IMG/VR virus record: IMGVR_UViG_3300008262_000233
Direction: 5' to 3' (one strand)
Source of the DNA: an uncultured virus (IMG/VR IMGVR_UViG_3300008262_000233)
Taxonomy: Duplodnaviria; Heunggongvirae; Uroviricota; Caudoviricetes
DNA: 20,000 nucleotides
Shown here: positions 1 through 8,352 of the stretch, in pieces
How positions within the stretch are numbered: the stretch's first letter is position 1
Layout of the letters: each line of letters begins with the position of its first letter
Notes under the pieces: model-generated
The model's database searches: none
What the model saw: the letters and a program-made list of their open reading frames with translations, nothing else
What the model was told of the DNA's origin: nothing
Program-made: the position numbers and the translations under genes

Positions 1-33
1 TGGTGTGTGTTTTTTAATAAAAATTAAAATTTG

Positions 34-621
34 ATGATTAGAATACTTGGAAATATACCAAAAGGTGAATTTGGTCTCGCTTGCTCTGGTGGTGTGGACT
101 CTATGGCTGTTGCCAATTTTTTATTAAACGGTGGTTGGGAGCCAAATATTTTATATTTTAACCATAATACTGAACATGGTCAACTTGCTGAAGAGTTTGT
201 AACTAATTATTGTAAAACACATAATTTAAAATTACATGTTGATCGTACAGACCTTACTCCTAAGTCAAATAAAGAAAAGATTTGGAGTGATTTAAGATAC
301 GAATTTTTCTCTAAGTTTGATTTTCCAGTAATTACTTGCCACCATTTAGATGATTGTGTCGAGACATATCTCTTTTCATGTCTTAGGGGATTTCAATCAG
401 TTATTCCATATTCTAAGGGTAATGTAATTAGACCTTTTTTACTTAATGAAAAGTCAGTATTTTACGACTGGTGTTTACATAAATCGGTTCCTTTTATTGA
501 AGATGAATCTAATTTAAATGTCAATTTCTCAAGAAACAGAATTCGTCATAATATTGTTCCAGAGGCACTTACGGTAAACCCTGGATTAAAGACGGTTGTT
601 AAGAAAATGATTAGTATATAA
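34..621 (+). CDS. tilS: tRNA(Ile)-lysidine synthetase, minimal (PP-loop catalytic domain only)
   Basis: PP-loop ACSGGVDS, then YFNHN, TCHHLDDCVETYL, IRPFL and EDESNLNVNFSRNRIRHNIVP, in the order seen in the TilS N-terminal domain. About 195 aa, with no C-terminal tRNA-binding domains. ATG at 34 is preferred over TTG at 31. Confidence 0.9.
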   Translation: MIRILGNIPKGEFGLACSGGVDSMAVANFLLNGGWEPNILYFNHNTEHGQLAEEFVTNYCKTHNLKLHVDRTDLTPKSNKEKIWSDLRYEFFSKFDFPVITCHHLDDCVETYLFSCLRGFQSVIPYSKGNVIRPFLLNEKSVFYDWCLHKSVPFIEDESNLNVNFSRNRIRHNIVPEALTVNPGLKTVVKKMISI

Positions 622-1000
622 ACATACCAAGTCTGTAAAGTTCTTCACCATTAAATTCTAGAATGAAATCCTCAAATGGCATTTCTGTATCTTCTTCAGA
701 TGGAATATCTAAGTTTATAGTGAATCCCTCGAGTTCTGTGACAGTTTTTATTCTACTTAATATTGGTTGTATTTCTTCAATTCTGAAAAATCTGTTTTGA
801 TTGTCTTGAAAAATTATTCTAATTGCGTCTACTGGATTTTTTTTTGATACGTAATACTTACAAATCCAGAAAGTTGATTTGATTTCTACATCTTCACAAT
901 CTAATAAAATATCTTTAATTTCAGCAATTAATTCAGAATTTTCAGACTTGAATTTATCAAATTGGTCATCATAGGACTCAAACTTATAAAGATACCTCAT
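611..1000 (-). CDS. hypothetical acidic protein, possible internal virion protein
   Basis: 129-aa ORF. N-terminus MRYLYKFES resembles those of 2484..2783 and 2799..3749. TAATATATA lies 4 nt before the ATG. Overlaps the tilS 3' end convergently (611-621). Confidence 0.7.
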   Translation of the reverse strand: MRYLYKFESYDDQFDKFKSENSELIAEIKDILLDCEDVEIKSTFWICKYYVSKKNPVDAIRIIFQDNQNRFFRIEEIQPILSRIKTVTELEGFTINLDIPSEEDTEMPFEDFILEFNGEELYRLGMFIY

Positions 1001-1004
1001 AGTT

Positions 1005-1013
1005 TATATATTA
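1005..1013 (-). promoter_or_regulatory. candidate phage late-promoter motif TAATATATA
   Basis: + strand tatatatta, 4 nt upstream of the ATG at 1000; the same motif recurs before other minus-strand genes. Confidence 0.65.
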
Positions 1014-1075
1014 GATTTCTTCGATATTAAACTTTCGGTTTAAATATTAATAAAAATAAAAACTAATTTAAAAAA

Positions 1076-1495
1076 ATGATTAAACAAGGTAGTAAAGTTA
1101 AGGCTCACTATACAGGAAGACTTAATGATAATGATGTTTTTGATACATCTATCCAAGATGGAAGAGATCCTCTTGAATTCACAATCGGTGAGGGTACTCT
1201 CTTACCAGCTTTTGAAAACGAACTTTTAGGTCTTGCAACAGGAGATAAAAAGACTTTTGAACTTACTTCAGATGATGCTTACGGTCCTTATAGAGATGAC
1301 CTCAGACTAACTGTTCCTAGAACAAATGTCCCACAAGGTGTTGAAGTAGGTCAAAGTTTGCAAGGAAATTTCAATAATGAAATGATCACCTTCATGGTGA
1401 GACAGGTAAATGAAGATAACGTTATTGTTGATGCTAATCATCCTTTAGCTGGTAAGGCACTTATTTTCGACGTAGAAATCGTTGAAATCGACTAA
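1076..1495 (+). CDS. FKBP-type peptidyl-prolyl cis-trans isomerase (SlyD/FkpB-like, with insert-in-flap domain, no His-rich tail)
   Basis: VKAHYTGRL..VFDTS..PLEFTIGEG.LLPAFE..L.G...GDKK...L....AYG...VIVDANHPLAGKALIFDVEIV is the classic SlyD/FkpB signature. Confidence 0.93.
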   Translation: MIKQGSKVKAHYTGRLNDNDVFDTSIQDGRDPLEFTIGEGTLLPAFENELLGLATGDKKTFELTSDDAYGPYRDDLRLTVPRTNVPQGVEVGQSLQGNFNNEMITFMVRQVNEDNVIVDANHPLAGKALIFDVEIVEID

Positions 1496-1836
1496 ACGAA
1501 CTTTTTATGAATTTTCGAATTCTGAAACCAAGTATTGTTCTTGGAAAGAAGTTCAAAATTATTGTGTGATTGTTCACAAATTTCTCTAAATTTTATCAAA
1601 TCATAAGCGGTGAGTCTAAACCATTCACCGCTTATTTTTTTTTCACAAAAATGTCTGTGTAATTTAGCTTCAATTTGGGTTCCCCATTTAGATTCAAAAA
1701 AATCTACTAATTCTAGATCAGAGGCATTTCCAGTTTTTATTTCTTTAATTCTATTTTGAGGATTTCTTTTTGTATATCCTATTTTATAACATGTGTCACC
1801 TTCTATAGTCGAGGAAATTAGATATACTTTATACAT
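1492..1836 (-). CDS. T5orf172/MUG113-like GIY-YIG superfamily nuclease-domain protein
   Basis: VYLI...YKIGYTKRNPQNRIKEIKTGN...IEAKLHRHF...ISGEWF pattern. Confidence 0.85.
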   Translation of the reverse strand: MYKVYLISSTIEGDTCYKIGYTKRNPQNRIKEIKTGNASDLELVDFFESKWGTQIEAKLHRHFCEKKISGEWFRLTAYDLIKFREICEQSHNNFELLSKNNTWFQNSKIHKKFV

Positions 1837-1841
1837 GAAGT

Positions 1842-1850
1842 TATATATTA
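1842..1850 (-). promoter_or_regulatory. candidate late-promoter motif TAATATATA
   Basis: + strand tatatatta, 5 nt upstream of the ATG at 1836. Confidence 0.65.
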
Positions 1851-1870
1851 CAACATCATGTCTCTATTTT

Positions 1871-2469
1871 TTAATTAAAAACTTGATTAATTTTCATTTC
1901 TCTACCCAGAATAAAACATTTAGATTTATAATCATCTAAAATAGTACTATAGGCCACAACTGATAAATTACAATTTTTATCTAAAACTTGAATTAAATTT
2001 CCTGATTTGTTGATTAATGACTTTGCACATTTTGATATTACTAATGATCTACCAGTTTGATGTTTCCAGAATCTATAAGAAAGAAGTGTGTTAATTATCT
2101 GACAATCTTTATCTTCTCTAAGATTAGGATTAAAATTAAATATGCTATCAGAGATTAGATAAAAGAAAAGCTCAACTGATTTATCTCTTACTTCAAGACA
2201 AGATTCTCTGACGATAGTGTCAAAGTTTCTTTGTCTATAATGTTCATCTATTGCTAATTTTTTAAAGTGAGTAGTTTCATCTAAGTATTTTTTAGGGATT
2301 TTAAAATATTCAAATTTGGTATAAACATCCTTGTATTTGAGAGGATAGTGAAAATCAGACCAGTCTGTTTCTTTGATTATTTCTTCAACTGCTAACTTTT
2401 CTGATTGACTTTCTGGTTTACAAATTGAATATAACCAAGAAATGTGATCTATTTTTTTATATCAAACAC
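1871..2469 (-). CDS. hypothetical protein missed by the ORF track; needs a -1 frameshift (or homopolymer correction, or a non-canonical ATA/ATT start)
   Basis: Manual translation gives an open frame 2461->1871 (YKKIDHISWLYSICKPESQSEKLAVEEIIKETDWSDFHYP...ILGREMKINQVFN*), bounded upstream by TGA at 2464-2462. It has no ATG until 8 codons from the end. The adjacent frame has GTG TTT GAT ATA AAA AAA TAG (2469->2449). The ORF fills an otherwise empty 600-bp gap. Confidence 0.75.
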
Positions 2470-2483
2470 TAACTAATATAGAA

Positions 2484-2783
2484 TTAGTAATTTAAAAAGT
2501 TATAGCATTTTTGAATTGCTGACATTAGGATATCTTGATTCTCTTCACTATAAGAAGACGGGTATTTATCAGAGTACCAATCTATTAGGTAGTTGATAAT
2601 TGCACTTTCTGCTTCACCATTTGAAAAATGAGAGTAATCACCATTTTCGGGTGTCCATTCTAAAACTTCCTTATCTAACATTTCTTTAACTTTTTCAAAT
2701 GGAAAGTGTTCTTGGATTTTTGCTATTGCAAAATCTACATCAAATGAATTAATATTTTCGTTATATTTTCTGAGATATTTCAT
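2484..2783 (-). CDS. hypothetical protein, possible internal virion protein
   Basis: 99-aa ORF starting MKYLRKYNEN; AAATATATA lies 5 nt upstream. Confidence 0.75.
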   Translation of the reverse strand: MKYLRKYNENINSFDVDFAIAKIQEHFPFEKVKEMLDKEVLEWTPENGDYSHFSNGEAESAIINYLIDWYSDKYPSSYSEENQDILMSAIQKCYNFLNY

Positions 2784-2788
2784 GTTTT

Positions 2789-2797
2789 TATATATTT
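2789..2797 (-). promoter_or_regulatory. candidate late-promoter motif variant AAATATATA
   Basis: + strand tatatattt, 5 nt upstream of the ATG at 2783. Confidence 0.55.
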
Positions 2798-2798
2798 A

Positions 2799-3749
2799 CT
2801 ATTTCAATTTAATTTGTATATAGACCCAAAACTTACTTGGATAAACATTTATCATAACTTTTTCAACCCATCTATATTTTATTAAAAATGTTTTTAAATT
2901 AGATTTTATATTTTCAAGTTCGCCTTCATCTAATTGACCATTATCCCATTTGCCACATCCATAATATCCAAAAGTTATGACTCTATCATTTATTTGAGGT
3001 GCCATTTTTTGTTCTGTATATCCTGGATTAAATGTCAACATTTCCATTTTAATTTTTGACATAAGTGTGACATCTTCAAAATTAAAATTTACAAGTGCCT
3101 TTTTAAGACCCGATGTCGCTTTTAGGTCAGACAATTTTAGTTGATTATAAATTGATTTTGTTAATTTAAAAAATCCTATTGGATTTAATTGATTAACATA
3201 GTATCCATATTCAAATATACCGTCACATTTGATGCCAAAATACAAATTAATAGTTGGACTTGATGGTTCAATATGAATCGATTGTAGTGACTTAAAACGA
3301 TTAAAAACAACTTTAACTTTCTCTGAATCTAAATTAGAAAATTTAAAGAATAATAAAAAATCAGATGGAGTTTCTTTTGTTTCAGGTGAATTTTCTTTGA
3401 AACCAAGAGCAGATAAACACTTAAAAAATGTATTTACTACACTTTTACCGTAGCTTTCTTTGACTTCACCTTCTATATTATCTATGTCAACAATAGTTGA
3501 GACTTTTTTCTCGCCTTCTTCTTGATTTAGGTAATTCTCTACTCTTTTTAACAGTTCAACTTTCTTTAAATCGTCGAGAAGGTTAATTGCGTTAGATAGT
3601 CTTATCGACGGATTTATGTCTTGAGTCATTTGATTAGCAATCATTCTAATAAATTCATCTTCTATCGACAAATTCTCGATGTATTCACCTATTGAATTGC
3701 CTTCTAGTGAATTAGATTCTAAAATATATTTTTGATACTTTTTAATCAT
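2799..3749 (-). CDS. hypothetical protein, possible head/internal virion protein
   Basis: Long ORF. The best start is the ATG at 3749, 1 nt after the upstream TAA, giving MIKKYQKYILES; the track's 3761 start overlaps the upstream gene. Ends in tandem TAG TAA. Confidence 0.8.
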   Translation of the reverse strand: MIKKYQKYILESNSLEGNSIGEYIENLSIEDEFIRMIANQMTQDINPSIRLSNAINLLDDLKKVELLKRVENYLNQEEGEKKVSTIVDIDNIEGEVKESYGKSVVNTFFKCLSALGFKENSPETKETPSDFLLFFKFSNLDSEKVKVVFNRFKSLQSIHIEPSSPTINLYFGIKCDGIFEYGYYVNQLNPIGFFKLTKSIYNQLKLSDLKATSGLKKALVNFNFEDVTLMSKIKMEMLTFNPGYTEQKMAPQINDRVITFGYYGCGKWDNGQLDEGELENIKSNLKTFLIKYRWVEKVMINVYPSKFWVYIQIKLK

Positions 3750-3750
3750 T

Positions 3751-6700
3751 TTATTGTACAAGTGCTAATTTATAAGATACTCCGTTTATTGATATTTCTA
3801 TATATTGGTTTGTTATAAGTGTTACTGATGCACTCATCGTTGCTCCTAGTTTCCATTGGGCTGGTTGAGCATTAGACATAGTTGCTGTCATTAGGCTTGG
3901 TACATAAACAGTATTTGACTTATTTGCTAGATTTATACCATTTCCACTAATTATACCAACATTTTGACCGTTTGTAATTGTGCTAAATGAGCTAGATATA
4001 ATTATACTTCCACAGCTTGCTCCGTTTATGTTATTACCATTTCCTCCGATTATAGTATTAAGAAAACCATCTGATATATTATTAACTAAACCACCAACTA
4101 TTTGAGAAGTAGTAGATGCACAAATAAAACTACAATCACTTCCAACTATTGATGAACCAATACCGTCAAGAATTTCATTAACTCTTCCAGCAATAATCGT
4201 TGAGCATCCTCCAGAACATATATAAGATGATGGACTTGAAATTATACTTGATGATTTAGTACAGTATATTTTAGCTGAGTATGAATTCGAAATTAAGATA
4301 TTAGGACACGAGCAACAAATTTTTGAAGCACTTGAGTTATCAATCTGAGAAGTTAGTGAGCAACAAATAAAGCTATTTATCGAGTTCGATATTATTGATA
4401 CTTTTGAGTTTTGTATACAGTTTCCGTAACCTAATAAAGTCGAAGAGTGACTTGATCCGATGATACAAGATTCTTTACCACCGATTATCAAACTAACTGT
4501 AGAATCTGTTGTACAAGATAAGTCTGATGAAATCACTGCAGAAATTGAACCTCCGGATATTTTTGAAGAACAAGATGTGTGTACTGAAGAGCACTTTGCA
4601 TTAGTTACAGAGTTGCTGTATCCTCCTAAAATTGAAGAATGATGTGAATTTTTAGTAATCGAGTTCAATTGGCCACTCAAAAAAGTATAGTTCGATGTGC
4701 TGTTATCATTTTGTCTACCAATTAGTGTAGAACTACACGACTCACAAATAATATTACTACTTCCAGAAAGAATACTAGACGAAAGTGATTTACAAATACA
4801 AGCGTTGTCACCAGTAACTATTGATGAACAAGAAAGGTATATGCAATTGTTGAATCCTGCTAATATACTTGAATTGTACGTACAAGAACTAAGTTCACTA
4901 CAAAATGAGCTTAAAACAGTAGAATTATAAGAACACTTGCAGATTCTACTACATTTAGAAGATAAAATATTAGAATATTGAGTCAAATATAAAAGTGAGT
5001 TACCTGAGCCAATTATATTATTACCATAGCTTGCACAACAGGTGGTTCCATCTATGTAGTTTTTTCTACCACCAATAATAGTTGATTCACAAGAAGAACA
5101 TATTATATTATCTTTTGCACCTATAATTGCAACATTACAGCTACAAATTGGACCTGAATCATATATGCAGTTATTCTCACCAGTTATTGCGATGCATGCA
5201 TTCACTAGTATATAAGATCCTCCACCAGCCGGCCCTTGTGGACCTTGTGGTCCAGTAACACCTCCGATAGTGCTTACATCTCTATAATTTATATTACCAC
5301 AAGAATCTGCAGTTAAAATTCTAGAATCACAGCATTGTGAGAAAGTCGCAACTCTTAATTTACTTGCAAGTACAATATCATTCTCAGTATCTAAGCATAA
5401 ATTATTACCACCCAAAATTACTGATCTACCAGATAGTCTTATACAGTTTTTAACACCTCCAACTATTGATGAATAACAAGAATAATAATTTATACAATTG
5501 CAACAACCCCCTACGATAGAAGAAAGTTGTGAGTAGTAATAAATTGAATTAGCACAACCACCAATTATAGAAGACTTGTGACTATTAAAAGTCAGTGAGT
5601 TTTTGTCGCCACCTACAATAGATGACAGTGAACTTCCAGAGATTGAGTTTTTACACCCACCTATTGATGATGAATTATTGGAAGATGATACTGAATTACA
5701 ACTACCACCTAATTGAGAAGTATAGCTAGATGAGTTTAATGTATTTTTATAACCAGATATAATTGAAGAAGATATAGAACAATTACACATTGTATTATAC
5801 TTACCTGAAGTTACAAGTGAATAGTTTGAATCTTCTGATTTTATATTACCGTACCCTGGGTCATTAATACTAGAAACATTTCTAAAATTAATATTTCCAG
5901 ATTCATCTGTAGTAAGTATTTTACTATCACTACACTCGCTAATTTCTGAAATTCTCAATTTTTGCACAAATGTCAAGTTTTCTTCACCATCTAATTCTAG
6001 GTCAACCCCACCTAGTATAATTGAGTTGATTGAATTTTTTATGCAGTTGTTGTATCCACTAATTATAGATGAGTAGTTTGAACAACAAACGTAGTTATTA
6101 TAACCACCGACTATTGTTGAGTAGCATGATCCATTTGATAAATAGTTTTTACCACCACCAACAATTGTAGAATTTGATGAATAGTTATCTAGTCGACTAC
6201 CTGTACTACCGATTATAGACGAATTACAAGAATGTACTCCAAGGTAGTTATTAGATCCGGCTAGTATTATTGAATTTTCTGTTGAGTAGAATAGTCTATT
6301 ACATGATCCACCAATAATTGACGAGTTATTTGATCCTATTGAAATTTCGTTAAGTACACCACCCAAAATTGATGTTTCTTCTGAGTTGATAATACAGTTT
6401 TGATAACCAGTTATTGTGCAAATTTCATTAAGTCTTATAAAAGAAGGTGTATTTCCAAGACCTATTGAATACAAGCTTGTGTAGTTTACGAGACCAGTTT
6501 CACTGACTGTTAATATTCTATCACTGTATCCATAACCTAGAACTCCTATTTTTAAGTTCGGAACTAAAACTGTGTTACTTTCAGAATTTAGTGAGAGATA
6601 AGAACCTCCTATAATCACTGATCCTTCTGATGAAGATATACAATTGCATTTACCTCCAATAATTGAGGATAGATTTGAAGTATAACCTATTGAGCTTTTA

Positions 6701-7671
6701 TAAGATGCCGAGATATTATTATAACTACTTGCGTAATCTATCGTATTTCTACCTCCGCCCAAGATCGTGTTATAGCTTGAGAGTCTATCAATAGTATTCT
6801 GGAATCCACCAATTATAGCATTATAATAATTAGAATCTGTAATTAATGAGCAAACTGATCCTCCGATTAAATTCCCATCATTGTAACTAATTGTGTTAGA
6901 ATCCCCACCCAGAATGATGGATTTGCTAGCATTTAGAATAATATTACAGTTACCTGATAGTACACTTGAGCAGTTTGAGTAGAAGCAAATTTTATTTTTA
7001 GATCCTCCTACTACTGACGACTCATTTGATTTTTGATAGATGTTATTCTCTCTACCACCTGTGATGGATGATCTGTAAGAATACTTTCCAATATAATTAC
7101 AATAACCACCTACTATTGATGAACCTATATTTCTAAAATATAGTGTATTACAAGCACCTGATAGAATTGCAGCACAGCAAGAATCTTGAACAATATCATT
7201 ACATTTACCACCTACAATTGTTGAAAAATCTGAACTTCTTAAAATTCGGTTTTCTTGGCCTCCAATTATAGAAGATGCCCAGTTATTGTCACAGACATTG
7301 TTGTAATATCCACCTACAATTGTTGAATATTTTTGACACGCATCATAGCAAGAAACATAAGGATAGTTTACTACTAAGTTTTTCTGACCACCGATAATTC
7401 CAGAATAAGAACTACAATATAATAAATTAGTACCACCACCAATTATTGATGAGTTACAAGAACCTTTAACTATTATATTAAAACACCCACCAATTACATT
7501 AGACATTGAGGAGTCTATAGAAACAGTATTATTACAACCTGAAATTCTAGACTCGGTCATTCCTTTGAAGAGTTGCTCTAAATAAACGAAATTGCCATCC
7601 ATTTCGTTTATTGTGAGTTTCCTATTCAGCTGGGTTCTTAAAATTAAGTTATTCGAGGCAGTAGTTGGCAT
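3751..7671 (-). CDS. Cys/Ser-rich repetitive beta-solenoid fibre-like protein with a short collagen linker
   Basis: 1306 aa with dozens of ~14-15-aa S(S/T)I(I/V/L)GGxxNxI repeats and three copies of a 'RILT..sGxxNy' connector. Contains [13 protein letters not shown]. The N-terminal LILRTQLNRKLTINEMDGNFVYL is a type of motif I associate with phage fibre N-termini. Confidence 0.75.
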   Translation of the reverse strand: MPTTASNNLILRTQLNRKLTINEMDGNFVYLEQLFKGMTESRISGCNNTVSIDSSMSNVIGGCFNIIVKGSCNSSIIGGGTNLLYCSSYSGIIGGQKNLVVNYPYVSCYDACQKYSTIVGGYYNNVCDNNWASSIIGGQENRILRSSDFSTIVGGKCNDIVQDSCCAAILSGACNTLYFRNIGSSIVGGYCNYIGKYSYRSSITGGRENNIYQKSNESSVVGGSKNKICFYSNCSSVLSGNCNIILNASKSIILGGDSNTISYNDGNLIGGSVCSLITDSNYYNAIIGGFQNTIDRLSSYNTILGGGRNTIDYASSYNNISASYKSSIGYTSNLSSIIGGKCNCISSSEGSVIIGGSYLSLNSESNTVLVPNLKIGVLGYGYSDRILTVSETGLVNYTSLYSIGLGNTPSFIRLNEICTITGYQNCIINSEETSILGGVLNEISIGSNNSSIIGGSCNRLFYSTENSIILAGSNNYLGVHSCNSSIIGSTGSRLDNYSSNSTIVGGGKNYLSNGSCYSTIVGGYNNYVCCSNYSSIISGYNNCIKNSINSIILGGVDLELDGEENLTFVQKLRISEISECSDSKILTTDESGNINFRNVSSINDPGYGNIKSEDSNYSLVTSGKYNTMCNCSISSSIISGYKNTLNSSSYTSQLGGSCNSVSSSNNSSSIGGCKNSISGSSLSSIVGGDKNSLTFNSHKSSIIGGCANSIYYYSQLSSIVGGCCNCINYYSCYSSIVGGVKNCIRLSGRSVILGGNNLCLDTENDIVLASKLRVATFSQCCDSRILTADSCGNINYRDVSTIGGVTGPQGPQGPAGGGSYILVNACIAITGENNCIYDSGPICSCNVAIIGAKDNIICSSCESTIIGGRKNYIDGTTCCASYGNNIIGSGNSLLYLTQYSNILSSKCSRICKCSYNSTVLSSFCSELSSCTYNSSILAGFNNCIYLSCSSIVTGDNACICKSLSSSILSGSSNIICESCSSTLIGRQNDNSTSNYTFLSGQLNSITKNSHHSSILGGYSNSVTNAKCSSVHTSCSSKISGGSISAVISSDLSCTTDSTVSLIIGGKESCIIGSSHSSTLLGYGNCIQNSKVSIISNSINSFICCSLTSQIDNSSASKICCSCPNILISNSYSAKIYCTKSSSIISSPSSYICSGGCSTIIAGRVNEILDGIGSSIVGSDCSFICASTTSQIVGGLVNNISDGFLNTIIGGNGNNINGASCGSIIISSSFSTITNGQNVGIISGNGINLANKSNTVYVPSLMTATMSNAQPAQWKLGATMSASVTLITNQYIEISINGVSYKLALVQ
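3799..3807 (-). promoter_or_regulatory. candidate internal late-promoter variant CAATATATA
   Basis: + strand tatatattg inside the 3' end of the 1306-aa gene, 49 nt upstream of the ATG at 3749. Confidence 0.35.
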
Positions 7672-7693
7672 AATTTACAGATATTTATTAGTC

Positions 7694-7702
7694 TATATAT
7701 TA
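7694..7702 (-). promoter_or_regulatory. candidate late-promoter motif TAATATATA
   Basis: + strand tatatatta in the intergenic gap, 22 nt upstream of the ATG at 7671. Confidence 0.65.
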
Positions 7703-7722
7703 AATTTGGAATCAAAACACCT

Positions 7723-8352
7723 TTAAATGTTTTGAAAATATTTTTGAATTCTCTCACTCAACCTGACTCTTGGATCTTCTTTTGATCTGTTTGTAAAAGA
7801 ATAGGGTACTAAAAATCCAAAACTTAAAAAAACTCTTCGAGATTTAAATTCGTTTGTCCAATGCTTATACAAAGAAGCCTCAAAACAATAAAGGTCAAAT
7901 TGTTGCACAGGTATTTCAAACTGATCTGTAAATAATGAATAATCTTCAGATAATACACTCAAGTTACATTTGTAATTAATTAATCCATCAAGAGATGCGT
8001 CATAATGAGCGGCAATTTTACCACCCCTTTGCATATTAACAGCCTGTAAAAATAAATGGTTTTTTGGAATACCTATTGTTTCAGAAATTCTATCAATTAA
8101 TTTAATAATAAAATCGGGAACTCCTTCTGTTCTAACATAATCTCTTTTTTGGAAGTTTGTGATATATGTTGTCTCTTTGGTTTGTGAGATGTCAAACATA
8201 AATGAATTTCCATTTAGAACTTTAGTAATCTCTCTTAAATGATGATTTGCAGTAAGTTCCGTGGTACTCAAAGTATCAACCCAAGATAGAATCTCATCTA
8301 CTTCATTTTGGTTAATGAAGTTTTTAATTATTTTATGATTTTTAGATTCCAT
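7723..8352 (-). CDS. 2OG-Fe(II) dioxygenase superfamily protein (prolyl/aspartyl-hydroxylase-like)
   Basis: N-terminal IIKNFINQNEVDEI, HxD motif (GGKIAAHYD), distal His (LYKHWT) and C-terminal R (SRRVFLSFGF) match the double-stranded beta-helix 2OG oxygenase signature. Confidence 0.8.
   Translation of the reverse strand: MESKNHKIIKNFINQNEVDEILSWVDTLSTTELTANHHLREITKVLNGNSFMFDISQTKETTYITNFQKRDYVRTEGVPDFIIKLIDRISETIGIPKNHLFLQAVNMQRGGKIAAHYDASLDGLINYKCNLSVLSEDYSLFTDQFEIPVQQFDLYCFEASLYKHWTNEFKSRRVFLSFGFLVPYSFTNRSKEDPRVRLSERIQKYFQNI

Noticed and set aside
1028..1055. Possible early/middle promoter AACTTT...TATTA upstream of the PPIase, loosely echoed upstream of the hidden ORF (~2475-2503, minus)
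   Set aside because: Only two instances, with inconsistent spacing, in very AT-rich DNA.
1851..2483. Apparent 600-bp non-coding gap as an ncRNA, tRNA or origin
   Set aside because: Explained by an uninterrupted minus-strand reading frame; no tRNA cloverleaf or iterons seen.
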